From NCBI GenBank assembly GCA_944391705.1, contig CALXUN010000002.1, positions 8,279 to 72,278 on the forward strand: 64,000 bases of DNA. Reading direction: 5' to 3'. The translations under genes and the position numbers were made by a program. The stretch is from an uncultured Alphaproteobacteria bacterium. Its GTDB lineage: Bacteria > Pseudomonadota > Alphaproteobacteria > RF32 > CAG-239. The notes under the pieces are model-generated. The model ran no database searches. It was given only the letters and a program-made list of their open reading frames with translations, and was not told where the DNA came from. Positions 1-10,115 of this stretch are shown here, piece after piece (position 1 is the stretch's first letter; every line of letters begins with the position of its first letter).

Positions 1-120
1 ACGACAACAACTAAAACAATGGCAAATTCCATAAAAAATCTCCTTATAAAAAATTTCTTATAAGGAGATTGTGCCAACTTCTGACAATTATGCAACTTTA
101 AAACAAGTTGTTAACATCAT

Positions 121-1056
121 TTAGATTTTTAAGGCTTCCTGCACGGCCTCAGCCATAACCTCAGCGCTGTGTTTTAAAAGTTTTTCTTCTTCATCGCTTA
201 AATCCGGAACAGCTGTATAAACCGCACCGTTTTTTCCGATAACTGCCGGCAATGACAATGGTACGTTTTTAATACCTTCGACCTCATCATGCACAACCGA
301 AACTGTCAGTTCACGCCGTTCATTTTTGATAATAGCCTCGCAAATTTTTACAAGTGAACTGGCTATACCATAATATGTCGCTTTTTTACCGCGGTAAATT
401 TTGAAACCGGCGTCAATGACATCTGCAGACATTTGCTTTTTAAACGCGTCGTCTAACGTTTTTTTGCACTTAAATGCATATTTATCAAGCGCCATACCGC
501 CGATGGAAGCCGTAGACCAGGATACCAGCGACGATGCACCGTGTTCACCCAAAACATAAGCATGAACCGACTGTGGCGAGATGCCGAAATATTCACCCAG
601 CATTGCCCGAAAACGTGCCGTATCCAACACCGTTCCCGAACCGATGACTTTTTCTTTGGCAAAACCGGATAGTTTTAACGAAAGCGCCGTCATAACATCA
701 ACCGGATTGGTCGCCAGTAAAATAATGCTTTCTGACGCATGAGTTGCAATTTGCGGAATAATTTCTTTTAAAATTTTAGTATTGCTTTCCAATAATGCCA
801 TCCGATTATCGGTCAAAGCTTTTTGACTGTCCACCGTAACAATGACAATTCCGGCACCTTTTAAATCAGCATAACTTCCTTTATAAACCTTACAATCTGC
901 ATTTAAAGCCGCAGCATGCAGCACATCTAAAGCTTCTGCTTCGGCCTTGACCTCATTTATATCTACAAACACAATTTCCTGAACCAAACCTTTAACCACC
1001 AAAGTATATGCCGTGGTACTGCCGACAAATCCGGCGCCGATAATTCCGACCTTCAT
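121..1056 (-). CDS. LDH/MDH-family 2-hydroxyacid dehydrogenase, paralog 1
   Basis: N-terminal Rossmann MKVGIIGAGFVG and catalytic GEHG and NPVD motifs. The substrate loop VDSQKALTDNR keeps Gln and Arg but departs from the canonical AGxxQxxGETR. The start is the internal ATG at 1056, preceded by an AAGGAG RBS, rather than the ORF-track start at 1095. Confidence 0.8.
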   Translation of the reverse strand: MKVGIIGAGFVGSTTAYTLVVKGLVQEIVFVDINEVKAEAEALDVLHAAALNADCKVYKGSYADLKGAGIVIVTVDSQKALTDNRMALLESNTKILKEIIPQIATHASESIILLATNPVDVMTALSLKLSGFAKEKVIGSGTVLDTARFRAMLGEYFGISPQSVHAYVLGEHGASSLVSWSTASIGGMALDKYAFKCKKTLDDAFKKQMSADVIDAGFKIYRGKKATYYGIASSLVKICEAIIKNERRELTVSVVHDEVEGIKNVPLSLPAVIGKNGAVYTAVPDLSDEEEKLLKHSAEVMAEAVQEALKI

Positions 1057-1358
1057 TTTAATCAACTCCTTAAAATAAGTTATACTGGTTTCCATTTAAC
1101 CCTGATGGGAGCAATTGGCAAATAACATTGCATAACCGTTTGTTACAATCAGAGTTAAAATTTTTCCCTCCGGAAGGGGTTTTTTTGCCGCTTACTTTAA
1201 ATACGATTTCTGGATTAACATTGGAACATCTATTGCAGGTGGAGCTGACAGACTATATTGCTGCAAAAGCGAAAGTTTGGTTCCTAACGCACAATGTGGT
1301 TTATAATTCTTCATTATTACATCAAAAAACCTCCGATTTTTTATCGGAGGTTTTTCTT

Positions 1359-1958
1359 TTATCGCCGCCGGCGTGACCGTGATTTCTCTTTGCTAAACTT
1401 AAACAAGCCTTCATCAAGCGGTTTATCTTGAATAACATCATACAATGACAATGTTACTTCCACGCTTTGCGGATCAATAATTTTCCATTGTTTCAGCGCA
1501 AACGGATTGTTTGAAAACACCAGCGTAATCGGACCGACGTTTTTATCTTTGGCATATTCCAAAGTAACGGATGTTAAGCCGGCATCTTTGTAAAAATCCG
1601 TCACTTTAAGGTTTTCATCGCCGATTTTTATATCATTGGCCAAAATCATGGTTGCCGGAATATCTTCATAATCAATATTGGTTATTTGGTCGAGCTCTTT
1701 ATCATTAAACACGACATAATCCCCGTTGCCGACAATCAGAATATCAGCCGGTGGCGCATATTCCATGCGAATTTTGCTCGGTTTTTCTATATATAATTTC
1801 CCTTCCGAGGTTGTTCCGTTGCTGGCCATCTGCACGAACGAGGCTTCAAGCGTTTTAATATTGTTCAAATAGTTTTCGATTTTGCTTAAATCAGCTACTG
1901 TCTGGGCATGTGCCGTTCCGGCACAAAAACACAAAAGCCCTGCTATAAATTTTTTCAT
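1359..1958 (-). CDS. lolA: Outer-membrane lipoprotein carrier LolA-like periplasmic protein
   Basis: Signal peptide MKKFIAGLLCFCAGTAHA followed by a LolA-like beta-barrel-type sequence (LEASFVQ...). The start was moved to the ATG at 1958. A bidirectional terminator follows at 1327-1360. Confidence 0.55.
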   Translation of the reverse strand: MKKFIAGLLCFCAGTAHAQTVADLSKIENYLNNIKTLEASFVQMASNGTTSEGKLYIEKPSKIRMEYAPPADILIVGNGDYVVFNDKELDQITNIDYEDIPATMILANDIKIGDENLKVTDFYKDAGLTSVTLEYAKDKNVGPITLVFSNNPFALKQWKIIDPQSVEVTLSLYDVIQDKPLDEGLFKFSKEKSRSRRRR

Positions 1959-2172
1959 TGCCGTATATTCCTGTATGTTTTGTTTTTTATAATATAAGAG
2001 ACAATTTTTCAAAGAACAACTTTATTTATTATTTCTTTCACTAAATCTTTTATTAAATATCCGGCTTTTTATCGGCAGCGATTGTCTTTATCTTCCGGAT
2101 AATACTCTGTTTAAAACATAGTCTTTATTAAAAAAGCCTCCCTTCTTACCGGGAGGCTTGTGATCTTAAGTT

Positions 2173-2394
2173 TTAATCCTTATGGCGGAAGGTGATGCGC
2201 CCTTTGGTTAAATCATACGGGGTCATTTCTATATCAACCTTATCGCCGACCATGACCCGGATTCTGAACTTGCGCATCTTACCTGCCGTGTGTGCTAAAA
2301 TTTCCACCCCGTTTTCCAAGCGGACACGAAACATGGCATTAGGCAGTTTTTCAATCACTTCGCCGGTTAATTCCAGCAATTCTTCTTTACTCAT
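2173..2394 (-). CDS. infA: Translation initiation factor IF-1
   Basis: 72-aa S1-like fold. The sequence [33 protein letters not shown] is near-identical to IF-1 consensus. A terminator follows at 2125-2160. Confidence 0.95.
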   Translation of the reverse strand: MSKEELLELTGEVIEKLPNAMFRVRLENGVEILAHTAGKMRKFRIRVMVGDKVDIEMTPYDLTKGRITFRHKD

Positions 2395-2452
2395 AAACCA
2401 AACCTCTTTTCATTTTTATATTTTATTTTGCTATTTGTATAAACTTAATTTT

Positions 2453-4120
2453 TTAATTTTGCAATTTATTTCTTCTGGTTTTCGGGAATTTTATCATAAA
2501 TGTCGTCCCTTTGTTAACGGTACTATCGACACTTATCATACCCTGAAACTTTTCCACCAGCGACTTGACAATTGCCAAGCCCAGCCCCGTCCCCTGGTGT
2601 CGGCTGCTGCGCCCGTCCGAATAAAAAGGTTCAAAAATATGGCAAAGCTTTTCCGGCGAAATACCGACACCGGTATCGGAAATTTCAATTAATACATAAT
2701 TTTGATTTTTTGAAGTCCGGATTGAAAGCTCTCCGCCTGAAGGCATGGCTTTTAAAGCATTTTGTGCCAAATTCAAAATAATCATTTTAAAATCAGCTTC
2801 ATTACCGACAATGGTATTTTTTCCGCCGGCATTTTGCTGATGGACGACAACGCCGTTTCTTTTTGCCTCATAATCAAGTAATGACACAATTTCTGCTATA
2901 TTGATATCGGCATCAAAGCTGCCGTGTTCGCCGCCGCTGTTTCTGGCCAGTTTTAATAAGCGCTCCGGCATTTCAACGCTGTTTACAATCTGATTGTAAA
3001 TCATCAGCAAATATTTTTTTTCTTCTTTGTTATCCGGAACATCTTTGTAATAGTTATCCAAAAGGCCTTCCAAAATCATGCGGATTGAACCTAAATTGTT
3101 TTTCATTTCATGAGCAACGGAAGTTGCCAAAAAACCGAGCGAGGCAATTTTCTGCTCATGCGAAAAGCGTATATCATCGCTTAAATCACGGATAGATTCA
3201 ATAATATAAAAACCTTTTTTATCAGATGTATTCTGAATTTTTAACGGCGCGGCATTAATAGACAAAGGCCTTCCGGACATATTCTGAATAATACTGATAC
3301 CCTTTGACATACTGTTTTTAATTTCACGCAACGGACAGGTAAACATACCTTCCGAACAAGGCTTATCAAAGTTATATGCCTGATAGCATTTCCGACATTC
3401 TTCCATTCTTAATGTTTTTAACAGTTTTATATAGGCTTTGTTAGCCAGAACAACATTATAATCATGATCAATAACCCTGATCCCGTCCGGAATGGCATCA
3501 ATCAAAGACTGCAGGAAAATTTCCGTGTTTTTTATTTCGGCAATATTGTTTTCTATATTATCAATCATGGTATTAAAAGTTTTGGCCAAAGTATCAAATT
3601 CATCGAAAAAAATTTGTTTTTTGCCCAGCAAAACCCGGTGTGAAAAATCACCTTTTGCTACAAATTTGCTGGCATTGGTCAACCGGCGTATCGGGACAAT
3701 CACCCATTTATGAAGAAGCCAGCCCAAAACCACCACCAAAACCAAAGACAGCAATGAACTGATACCGATGATTTTAACACCCTCCACAAAAGCAACCGCC
3801 CGTTCATTATAATTTTGTTGCAAATCCTTATTTAATTTTTGCTCTCTGGACAGTTCTTCCTGCTTTTGGCCCAAGTCACCGCTTAAAGCGGTTTTGCTTT
3901 CTTTGGATAATTCTATTTTTGAGTTTGCCAATTCACGGCGCAGGGCAATATTTTCATACAAAAGTTCCATAACATATTGATTGCGCAAAATAATTGAGTT
4001 TTGATCCTCCTGATATTTTTTGCCGTAAATATTTAAAAATATGGTCAAAAACAGTATTGCCATAAAAATTAACAAGACAAAAACCGTATAAAAAATTTTC
4101 TTATTCAGGCTGAAATACAT
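2453..4120 (-). CDS. Membrane sensor histidine kinase with PAS domain; orphan, no adjacent response regulator
   Basis: N-terminal TM helices, coiled-coil or HAMP-like region, H-box SVAHEMKNNLGSI, HATPase G-boxes GTGLGLAIVKSLVE. No receiver-domain gene nearby. Confidence 0.85.
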   Translation of the reverse strand: MYFSLNKKIFYTVFVLLIFMAILFLTIFLNIYGKKYQEDQNSIILRNQYVMELLYENIALRRELANSKIELSKESKTALSGDLGQKQEELSREQKLNKDLQQNYNERAVAFVEGVKIIGISSLLSLVLVVVLGWLLHKWVIVPIRRLTNASKFVAKGDFSHRVLLGKKQIFFDEFDTLAKTFNTMIDNIENNIAEIKNTEIFLQSLIDAIPDGIRVIDHDYNVVLANKAYIKLLKTLRMEECRKCYQAYNFDKPCSEGMFTCPLREIKNSMSKGISIIQNMSGRPLSINAAPLKIQNTSDKKGFYIIESIRDLSDDIRFSHEQKIASLGFLATSVAHEMKNNLGSIRMILEGLLDNYYKDVPDNKEEKKYLLMIYNQIVNSVEMPERLLKLARNSGGEHGSFDADINIAEIVSLLDYEAKRNGVVVHQQNAGGKNTIVGNEADFKMIILNLAQNALKAMPSGGELSIRTSKNQNYVLIEISDTGVGISPEKLCHIFEPFYSDGRSSRHQGTGLGLAIVKSLVEKFQGMISVDSTVNKGTTFMIKFPKTRRNKLQN

Positions 4121-4136
4121 TTATTGCTCCCGAAAC

Positions 4137-4850
4137 TTAAAAAAGCTGTTCAAAAGTTTCTCTATCCTTAATACGCAAATACGGATTGCACTGTTTTTCC
4201 ATTTTCAAACTGACGGGCGCAACCGGTAAGCCTGCTGCCAGGCATTTTCGGGCATGCACGGCATAATCCTGCATGACCACGCTGTTTTCGCGCCTTACGG
4301 CATCTGCCAAACAATGCGCCGTATATTCATGCCCGGGATAAAAAAGAACATCATCCGGCAAAGCTTTTATTTTTTGCAGGCTTTCCCACATTTGTTCCGT
4401 CGTTCCTTCAAAAATTCCGCCAATACACAAATTAAACAAAACATCACCGGTAAATAATAGTTTTTCATCCGGAAAATACCATAAAACATGACCCAGCGTA
4501 TGTCCCGGCGCACTGATAACTTCAGTCTTTGTTTTACCCAGAAACAATGTTTCACCGCCGCCAACGCCTTTATCAATTCCGGGAATCAAATTTTTTTCTT
4601 CTTCCGGTCCGATAATTAAGAGATTATGAAGAGCTTTCAGTTCTTCATTGCCGCCGACATGATCAAAATGATGGTGGGTGGTTAAAATATACTGCGGTTT
4701 TAATCCGAGTTCCCGGCATTTAAGGATAACCGGCTCTGCTTCGGAAGCATCGATAACCGCACTCACGCCGGTTTCTTCATCGGTTATAATATAAGCATAA
4801 TTATCCATCACGCCGGCCCGGCATAATACGGGATTAACTTTCAAACTCAT
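4137..4850 (-). CDS. gloB: Hydroxyacylglutathione hydrolase (glyoxalase II), MBL fold
   Basis: THHHFDHVGG metallo-beta-lactamase motif and GloB-like length. Start moved to the ATG at 4850 (MSLKVNP). Confidence 0.8.
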   Translation of the reverse strand: MSLKVNPVLCRAGVMDNYAYIITDEETGVSAVIDASEAEPVILKCRELGLKPQYILTTHHHFDHVGGNEELKALHNLLIIGPEEEKNLIPGIDKGVGGGETLFLGKTKTEVISAPGHTLGHVLWYFPDEKLLFTGDVLFNLCIGGIFEGTTEQMWESLQKIKALPDDVLFYPGHEYTAHCLADAVRRENSVVMQDYAVHARKCLAAGLPVAPVSLKMEKQCNPYLRIKDRETFEQLF

Positions 4851-5832
4851 ATTCTTCCTCCAGTGTTGCTTCATCCAGGTAGAAAAATTTATAATAAGTC
4901 AGTGTATAATCAAGCAACCCGGCATAATTTTGCAGATTATTGTCCAAAACAAATGTCCAGTCCATGCGTTTGCCGTAGACAACCGAACCGCGCCGGCGGG
5001 ATTCTTTGCGCGAATTCCAAAACTGCTGATATTTTATATGGGAATTTATCCGCAAAATATAAGCTCTGATAGAATCTTCCATTGAAGGATAAATATGGTA
5101 ACGGTAAGAATCATCATCTTCACCTATCGGTTTTAAGCCTTCGTCAGTATACCAGTCGCGCGCTTTATATAAATTATTGCCCTGCACGGCAATCCTTGAA
5201 GTCCCCCAGTTGGTATAAACCGCAGCTGCAGCAATTAAAATCGACGGCGGAACAATATCAACCCGGCGCGTCAGCTCTTTTAAAAGTTTCATATGCCGGC
5301 GGGTGTCTTTAAACGGCGTTGTGACATCATACTTTTCTGCCAAAAGCTCCAGATAGTAAGTTTCAGCCTCGCCAAAATCATGATTTTGTTCAAAGCTGTA
5401 AGCAACGGCATCAAGATATGCCCTTTCTTCCAAAATTTCATTATTGACTTTCAACACCAGCGGCATCAAAATCTGCACGAACAAACGATTGCGCTCCGTC
5501 TGATTTTCAAAAGCGGCAAAATCATAGGGCATATTTTTTACAAAAATCCGCGGATAAACGTTTCCCGGTACTTTGATATACTCATCATATTCCAGATAGT
5601 GGAACATATCAATCAGTTCTGCAGTTGAAAAATCGCTCAAATAAGCCCCGCTGTTGTCAATAGCCATTTTTGCTTTGGATTTTTTAACAACAGGTTTAAC
5701 TTCCGGCGTTATATCTTGTTTGGCAGACATGGACGGTGCCGGCTCAGATATTTTGGTTTCATCCGCAAAACTTATTTCCGGCCAAAAGTTTAATAATGCA
5801 ACTATCAGTAAAAACCCTTTTGTTTTTCTCAT
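4834..5832 (-). CDS. Secreted Bax/FlgJ-like glucosaminidase-domain protein (COG2992-like)
   Basis: Signal peptide. Motifs TNWGTSRIAVQGNNLYKAR and YPSMEDSIRAYILRINS resemble the mannosyl-glycoprotein endo-beta-N-acetylglucosaminidase domain. Confidence 0.5.
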   Translation of the reverse strand: MRKTKGFLLIVALLNFWPEISFADETKISEPAPSMSAKQDITPEVKPVVKKSKAKMAIDNSGAYLSDFSTAELIDMFHYLEYDEYIKVPGNVYPRIFVKNMPYDFAAFENQTERNRLFVQILMPLVLKVNNEILEERAYLDAVAYSFEQNHDFGEAETYYLELLAEKYDVTTPFKDTRRHMKLLKELTRRVDIVPPSILIAAAAVYTNWGTSRIAVQGNNLYKARDWYTDEGLKPIGEDDDSYRYHIYPSMEDSIRAYILRINSHIKYQQFWNSRKESRRRGSVVYGKRMDWTFVLDNNLQNYAGLLDYTLTYYKFFYLDEATLEEEYEFES

Positions 5833-6374
5833 TCTTCACTGCCAACCGGTTTAACTTCATTAATTTCGGGAATATAACTTTTAAGTATTTTTTCAACACC
5901 GTCTTTTAAAGTCCGCATGGCATACGGGCAGCCGGCACATTTGCCGGTCAGTTCCACCCAGAGAATGCCTTTTTCAAAACCTTTTAGTTCAATATCGCCG
6001 CCATCGCGGTTTAAGGCCGGACGAATCCTGGCCGCGACCAGTCCGGAAATTTTTTTCATCAACGCATCTTTATCCTCTTTTGCCGGAGAGGCCAGCACCA
6101 CATCTTCGCCGGTGGCGGCAAAATCAAGAATTTCAGCCATAATCTGCGGGCTTAAATCTTCCCACAATGCCTCCGGCGTTTTGGTTACGGACACCATATC
6201 CGGCGAAATCAAAACGCTTTCAACGCCGCCCAAATCAAAAATAGCTTCAGCCAAAGGCGACTTGCGCAAAGATTTGGCATCGGCAAATTCCGAAACATCG
6301 GATTTTAAAATCCGTTTTTCAGGATAAAAGTTGCGAATATTTTCATCCGGCGTTGTCTGTATATTAATGAGCAT
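5829..6374 (-). CDS. NifU/Nfu-type Fe-S cluster assembly protein (Nfu_N + NifU C-terminal domain)
   Basis: C-terminal CAGCPYAMRTLKDGVE CxxC motif. Start moved to the ATG at 6374 (MLINIQTTPDEN). Overlaps the upstream gene by 11 nt. Confidence 0.75.
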   Translation of the reverse strand: MLINIQTTPDENIRNFYPEKRILKSDVSEFADAKSLRKSPLAEAIFDLGGVESVLISPDMVSVTKTPEALWEDLSPQIMAEILDFAATGEDVVLASPAKEDKDALMKKISGLVAARIRPALNRDGGDIELKGFEKGILWVELTGKCAGCPYAMRTLKDGVEKILKSYIPEINEVKPVGSEE

Positions 6375-7380
6375 TATTTTCTTCCTGTTGTGCCAAAGCA
6401 TTAATGATTTTATTAAGCTGCAATTCGGCTTTAGCCGTATACCAGCCCAAAACCAGCAGGTGATTCGGTGCAAAAGTACCGTCCGGACGGCCGTTGCGTA
6501 TGATAAGAGGATTTAGCATAAATCCGTTTTCCAGCATTTTATTAAGAGATGTCCAGTTCTCATATTGTCCGGCAGCCAATATCTGCGGCTGAAAATCCTC
6601 AGCCAGCGCTTTTAAGATGACATAAAAGCCGTATAAACGTCCCTGATTATAGTAAAATACGTTATCAGCCAAACCATCCGTCCAGTCAGAACTGTATTCC
6701 CGCACCTGTTTTTCAATATCAATGGTTATGCTGCCAAGATTTTTTGCAATATTTTCCAACAGAGCCGGTAAAATTTTATTTTGGGCGATTTTAGGCATTT
6801 GCGGTTTATCATTAAAACGAAGAAGCGCTTTTCGGGCTTTCCGGTACTGAGCACCGGAAGACGGAGCCAGAGCCAAATTCTCGGTTTTTGAAAGCAGCCA
6901 GATATTACCAGGATAACTTAACAGTTCGGCGGCTTTATTTAAATCCGGCGAATCGTAACAGCGTGCCAAAACCTGCACCGTAGATTTTAAAGACCGGATA
7001 ATGCCCAGCTGATACTGCGGCATATTATCCAAAACATAACCCGGGAAAACAAACGGCAGATTCGGCGTCCACATATGATTATCAACTTCACGCGTAATCA
7101 GCCCCGCAGCCGAATCGGCAACGGCCAGTCCTTTTTCCGGCCTGGATACATTATCAATCAGCGACTTATCAATATTATGTGTTGCCCAACTGCCGACGAC
7201 ATAATATAAAACCAGAAAAGTCGGCAGAAGAATCGCTATTGATTTCCATGACTTACGGATAAATTGCAAACTTAAAACAACCCGCTCCCTCGTCAGCGGA
7301 TTTATACGCCGGAGGACTTCCAAAATTTCTTTTATCCGGCGTCTAATTGTTTCCCACTGCGTTTTTTTTGGCATCGGCAC
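6364..7380 (-). CDS. Conserved hypothetical protein with N-terminal membrane anchor
   Basis: One TM helix (IAILLPTFLVLYYVVGSW) and then a roughly 280-aa soluble domain. No motif recognised. Translationally coupled between murJ and nfu. Confidence 0.5.
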   Translation of the reverse strand: MPMPKKTQWETIRRRIKEILEVLRRINPLTRERVVLSLQFIRKSWKSIAILLPTFLVLYYVVGSWATHNIDKSLIDNVSRPEKGLAVADSAAGLITREVDNHMWTPNLPFVFPGYVLDNMPQYQLGIIRSLKSTVQVLARCYDSPDLNKAAELLSYPGNIWLLSKTENLALAPSSGAQYRKARKALLRFNDKPQMPKIAQNKILPALLENIAKNLGSITIDIEKQVREYSSDWTDGLADNVFYYNQGRLYGFYVILKALAEDFQPQILAAGQYENWTSLNKMLENGFMLNPLIIRNGRPDGTFAPNHLLVLGWYTAKAELQLNKIINALAQQEENNAH

Positions 7381-8950
7381 CTCTTTTCTTTTTCATCAGT
7401 CTATATATTTCCGCAATATCCAGAACACAAGTTATTTTAGCCAGAATAAGAAAAGTTGCAAGCCCGAAAATGCCTAATCCGCCCAATATGCATAATTTTA
7501 GGATAATTCCAAGCTCAAGCCAGCTGCCGACGCTTAAATTCAGGCCGTATTCAGCACCATATACCGCAGCTCCCATTACCAGAGAACAAATGATAATTTT
7601 AAGGATTTTATAACCCAAGGCCCCGGATATCTGCCAAAACCCGCGTTTTTTCAAGCCGTGAATATATTGAAACAACGAAACAAAAGCGGCAATCGTGGTT
7701 GCGGCAGCAATGCCGACATGACCGAACGGACGCATTAAAATCAGGTTAAAAATAAAATTAGTCAGAAAAACAACGGCGCTGTATTTAACCGGCGTTACCG
7801 TATCGCCGCGGGCAAAGAAATTCGGCATCAGGGCCTTGACGATAACATAACAGGGCAACCCGACCGAATAAGCGACAACTGCATAAGCCGTCATCTGCGT
7901 ATCTGCAGCGGTAAACCTGCCGTGTTCAAACAAAATATTAATAACCGGATGCGCTAAAACAATCATCAGTACGGCAGCCGGAAAAGAAAGAAGGGCTCCG
8001 TATTCAACCGCCTTATCCTGCGTTTGCCGGCTTTCTTCAAGGGACCCGGCTTTCAGCTGCTTGGAAAGAATCGGCAAAAGCGCAACGCTTATGGCCGCCC
8101 CGACCACGCCCAAAGGCAGCTGCTGTAAACGGTTGGCATAATAAAGCCAGGAAATGGCTCCCGTTCCGACCAAAGATACCAAAATAGTATCTACCACCAT
8201 ATTAATCTGATAAATACCGGCACCGACCACGCCCGGGGCAATCCGTTTAAACAGGGTTTTAATTTCGGGATTGCGCAAAATTTTACCAACTTTAACATAT
8301 GGTTTTATTTTAACATTTTGACGTTTCAGAAAGTATCCGAGCCAAAGAATTTCCAAAAAACCGGCAACCGTAATGCCAAGGGCAAATCCGTGTGCCGGCG
8401 TAGGGCTGAACGGGACAAAAACAAACGCTGAGGCAATCATCACCAGGTTAAGAATTACCGGTGCTGCCGCCGGTGCGGCAAACTTTTCAAAAGAATTTAA
8501 AATACCGGCCTGAAAAGAAACAACCGAAATAAACAGCAAAAACGGAAAAGTAATCCGGCACAATGAGGTTGCCAATTCCATTTTACCGGCATCATGAACA
8601 AAGCCCGGCGCCAAAACGTCGACCACATACGGCATAAACAGTTCAAACAAAACAACAAAAATTAATAAGAAAAACACCAGAATCGAAATAGCCTCAGAAG
8701 CAAAATGCATGGATTTTTTTTTGCCTTCGCTTACCAACTTTTGAGAAAAAATCGGGACAAACGCACTGGTAAACGCCCCTTCGGCAAAAAGACTTCGAAA
8801 CAAATTCGGCAGTTTGAACGATACAAAAAAAGCGTCTGAAACCATGCCGGCACCCAACATGTTAGCCAAAACCATATCCCGCAAAAAACCGGTAATCCGG
8901 CTGACAAAAGTAAAACCGCCAAAAGTAGCAATTGATTTAAATAAAGACAT
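7343..8950 (-). CDS. murJ: Lipid II flippase MurJ (MviN)
   Basis: The N-terminus SLFKSIATFGGFTFVSRITGFLRDMVLANMLGAG is the classic MurJ signature, with about 14 TM helices. Start set at the ATG at 8950. Confidence 0.9.
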   Translation of the reverse strand: MSLFKSIATFGGFTFVSRITGFLRDMVLANMLGAGMVSDAFFVSFKLPNLFRSLFAEGAFTSAFVPIFSQKLVSEGKKKSMHFASEAISILVFFLLIFVVLFELFMPYVVDVLAPGFVHDAGKMELATSLCRITFPFLLFISVVSFQAGILNSFEKFAAPAAAPVILNLVMIASAFVFVPFSPTPAHGFALGITVAGFLEILWLGYFLKRQNVKIKPYVKVGKILRNPEIKTLFKRIAPGVVGAGIYQINMVVDTILVSLVGTGAISWLYYANRLQQLPLGVVGAAISVALLPILSKQLKAGSLEESRQTQDKAVEYGALLSFPAAVLMIVLAHPVINILFEHGRFTAADTQMTAYAVVAYSVGLPCYVIVKALMPNFFARGDTVTPVKYSAVVFLTNFIFNLILMRPFGHVGIAAATTIAAFVSLFQYIHGLKKRGFWQISGALGYKILKIIICSLVMGAAVYGAEYGLNLSVGSWLELGIILKLCILGGLGIFGLATFLILAKITCVLDIAEIYRLMKKKRGADAKKNAVGNN

Positions 8951-9129
8951 TTTAAATACTTCCACAGTCGTTTAAAATAATTGTTGTTAAGTTAGCCGAA
9001 AAAGGTTATCTTTGCATTAATTATTTCATGAATATGATGATTTGTTGCATAACCTGTGCAAAAAAACTCTTGACAAAACTTTGAAAATATGCTTAAGATA
9101 GACAAAACGACCCAAGAAAGGAAAAAGAA

Positions 9130-9285
9130 ATGAGTAAAGCAGTCATACAAGCCAAATTTGGCGGAAAGAAAATCGGAAGCGGCGAAAACCGTGAAATTCC
9201 GACGCCGAAAGCTTTGGAAAAATTTGTACAGAATACCGCTAAATCCAATACGGTTTCTATGCAAAAAGAACAGCCGATTCGTTAA
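9130..9285 (+). CDS. Small basic protein of 51 aa; not in the ORF track
   Basis: ATG at 9130 preceded by AAAGGAAA. Strong promoter upstream: TTGACA at 9071-9076, about 18 nt, then TAAGAT. An intrinsic terminator follows at 9322-9350. Translation: MSKAVIQAKFGGKKIGSGENREIPTPKALEKFVQNTAKSNTVSMQKEQPIR. Confidence 0.35.
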   Translation: MSKAVIQAKFGGKKIGSGENREIPTPKALEKFVQNTAKSNTVSMQKEQPIR

Positions 9286-9373
9286 GTTTTCCCCTACCCT
9301 TAAAAAATATTTCATAATAACAAGAACCGCCGTTAAGGCGGCTTTTTTATGCCTGATACGTCATTCTTCCCTT

Positions 9374-9814
9374 TTATTCCCGATGATAAGGATGACCGTT
9401 CAAAATGGTCTGGATTCGGTAAATTTGTTCGGTTAAAACCACGCGCATCAACATATGCGGCAATGTGAGCTTTCCAAAAGAAAGAACCATATCCGCCCGT
9501 TTGCGCGTCGATTCCAAGTGCCCGTCAGCACCGCCGATTAAAAAACAGATTTCCGAACAACCGGAAAGCATCCAGTTTTCAATTTTTTTAGCAAGCTCAA
9601 CACTTTTTACGTTTTCACCACGTTCATCTAAAACAACCACTTTAGCACCGGAGGGAATATTGCTTAATAAAAATTCAGCTTCTTCGGCCTGAGAAGAGTT
9701 TTCTTTTTCTTTAATAATCATTTCCCAGCCGGAACGTTTGACATATTCCGAAATTAAAGCCCATTCCGGTGAATTACGGCGGCATTTTCCGATAGCAAGG
9801 ATATAAACTTTCAT
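9374..9814 (-). CDS. rlmH: 23S rRNA (pseudouridine1915-N3)-methyltransferase RlmH (SPOUT)
   Basis: About 150-aa SPOUT fold with conserved C-terminal GHPYHRE-like end and the IGGADGH motif. Confidence 0.9.
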   Translation of the reverse strand: MKVYILAIGKCRRNSPEWALISEYVKRSGWEMIIKEKENSSQAEEAEFLLSNIPSGAKVVVLDERGENVKSVELAKKIENWMLSGCSEICFLIGGADGHLESTRKRADMVLSFGKLTLPHMLMRVVLTEQIYRIQTILNGHPYHRE

Positions 9815-10115
9815 GGTATTTACCTTTCGTTTTATTTATGTTTCATATTTATATAAAAGTAAATATCTTTTTAAAAGACATGTATCAGGCTCTTCCACAT
9901 CGTCGTGCCTTTAAAATGCCTCTTACCCCTTCCCTGTCATGCCTACGCAGCCGCATTAGCGTCTGAGTACTAGGCATCCACGAATCAAAAAAACATCATC
10001 TTTACAGCTGGGTGATAAAACTTCAGTCTGCTATGATTGTGTTTCCTGCAATAGCGCCAACTTCAAAAAAATTCCGTCTGGGGATTATGTCGAAATCGGC
10101 GATGATGCAACAGAG

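Noticed and set aside
1128-1376. 82-aa plus-strand ORF between ldh-like gene 1 and lolA
   Set aside because: Lies in a promoter and terminator region containing two hairpins. No RBS. Likely spurious.
2192-2692. 166-aa plus-strand ORF overlapping infA and the histidine kinase on the opposite strand
   Set aside because: Antisense to two well-supported genes. Low-complexity translation.
9158-9436. 92-aa plus-strand ORF from the track
   Set aside because: Alternative frame that reads through the terminator at 9322-9350. The 51-aa frame starting at ATG 9130, which has an RBS and a stop before the terminator, is preferred, though neither is proven.
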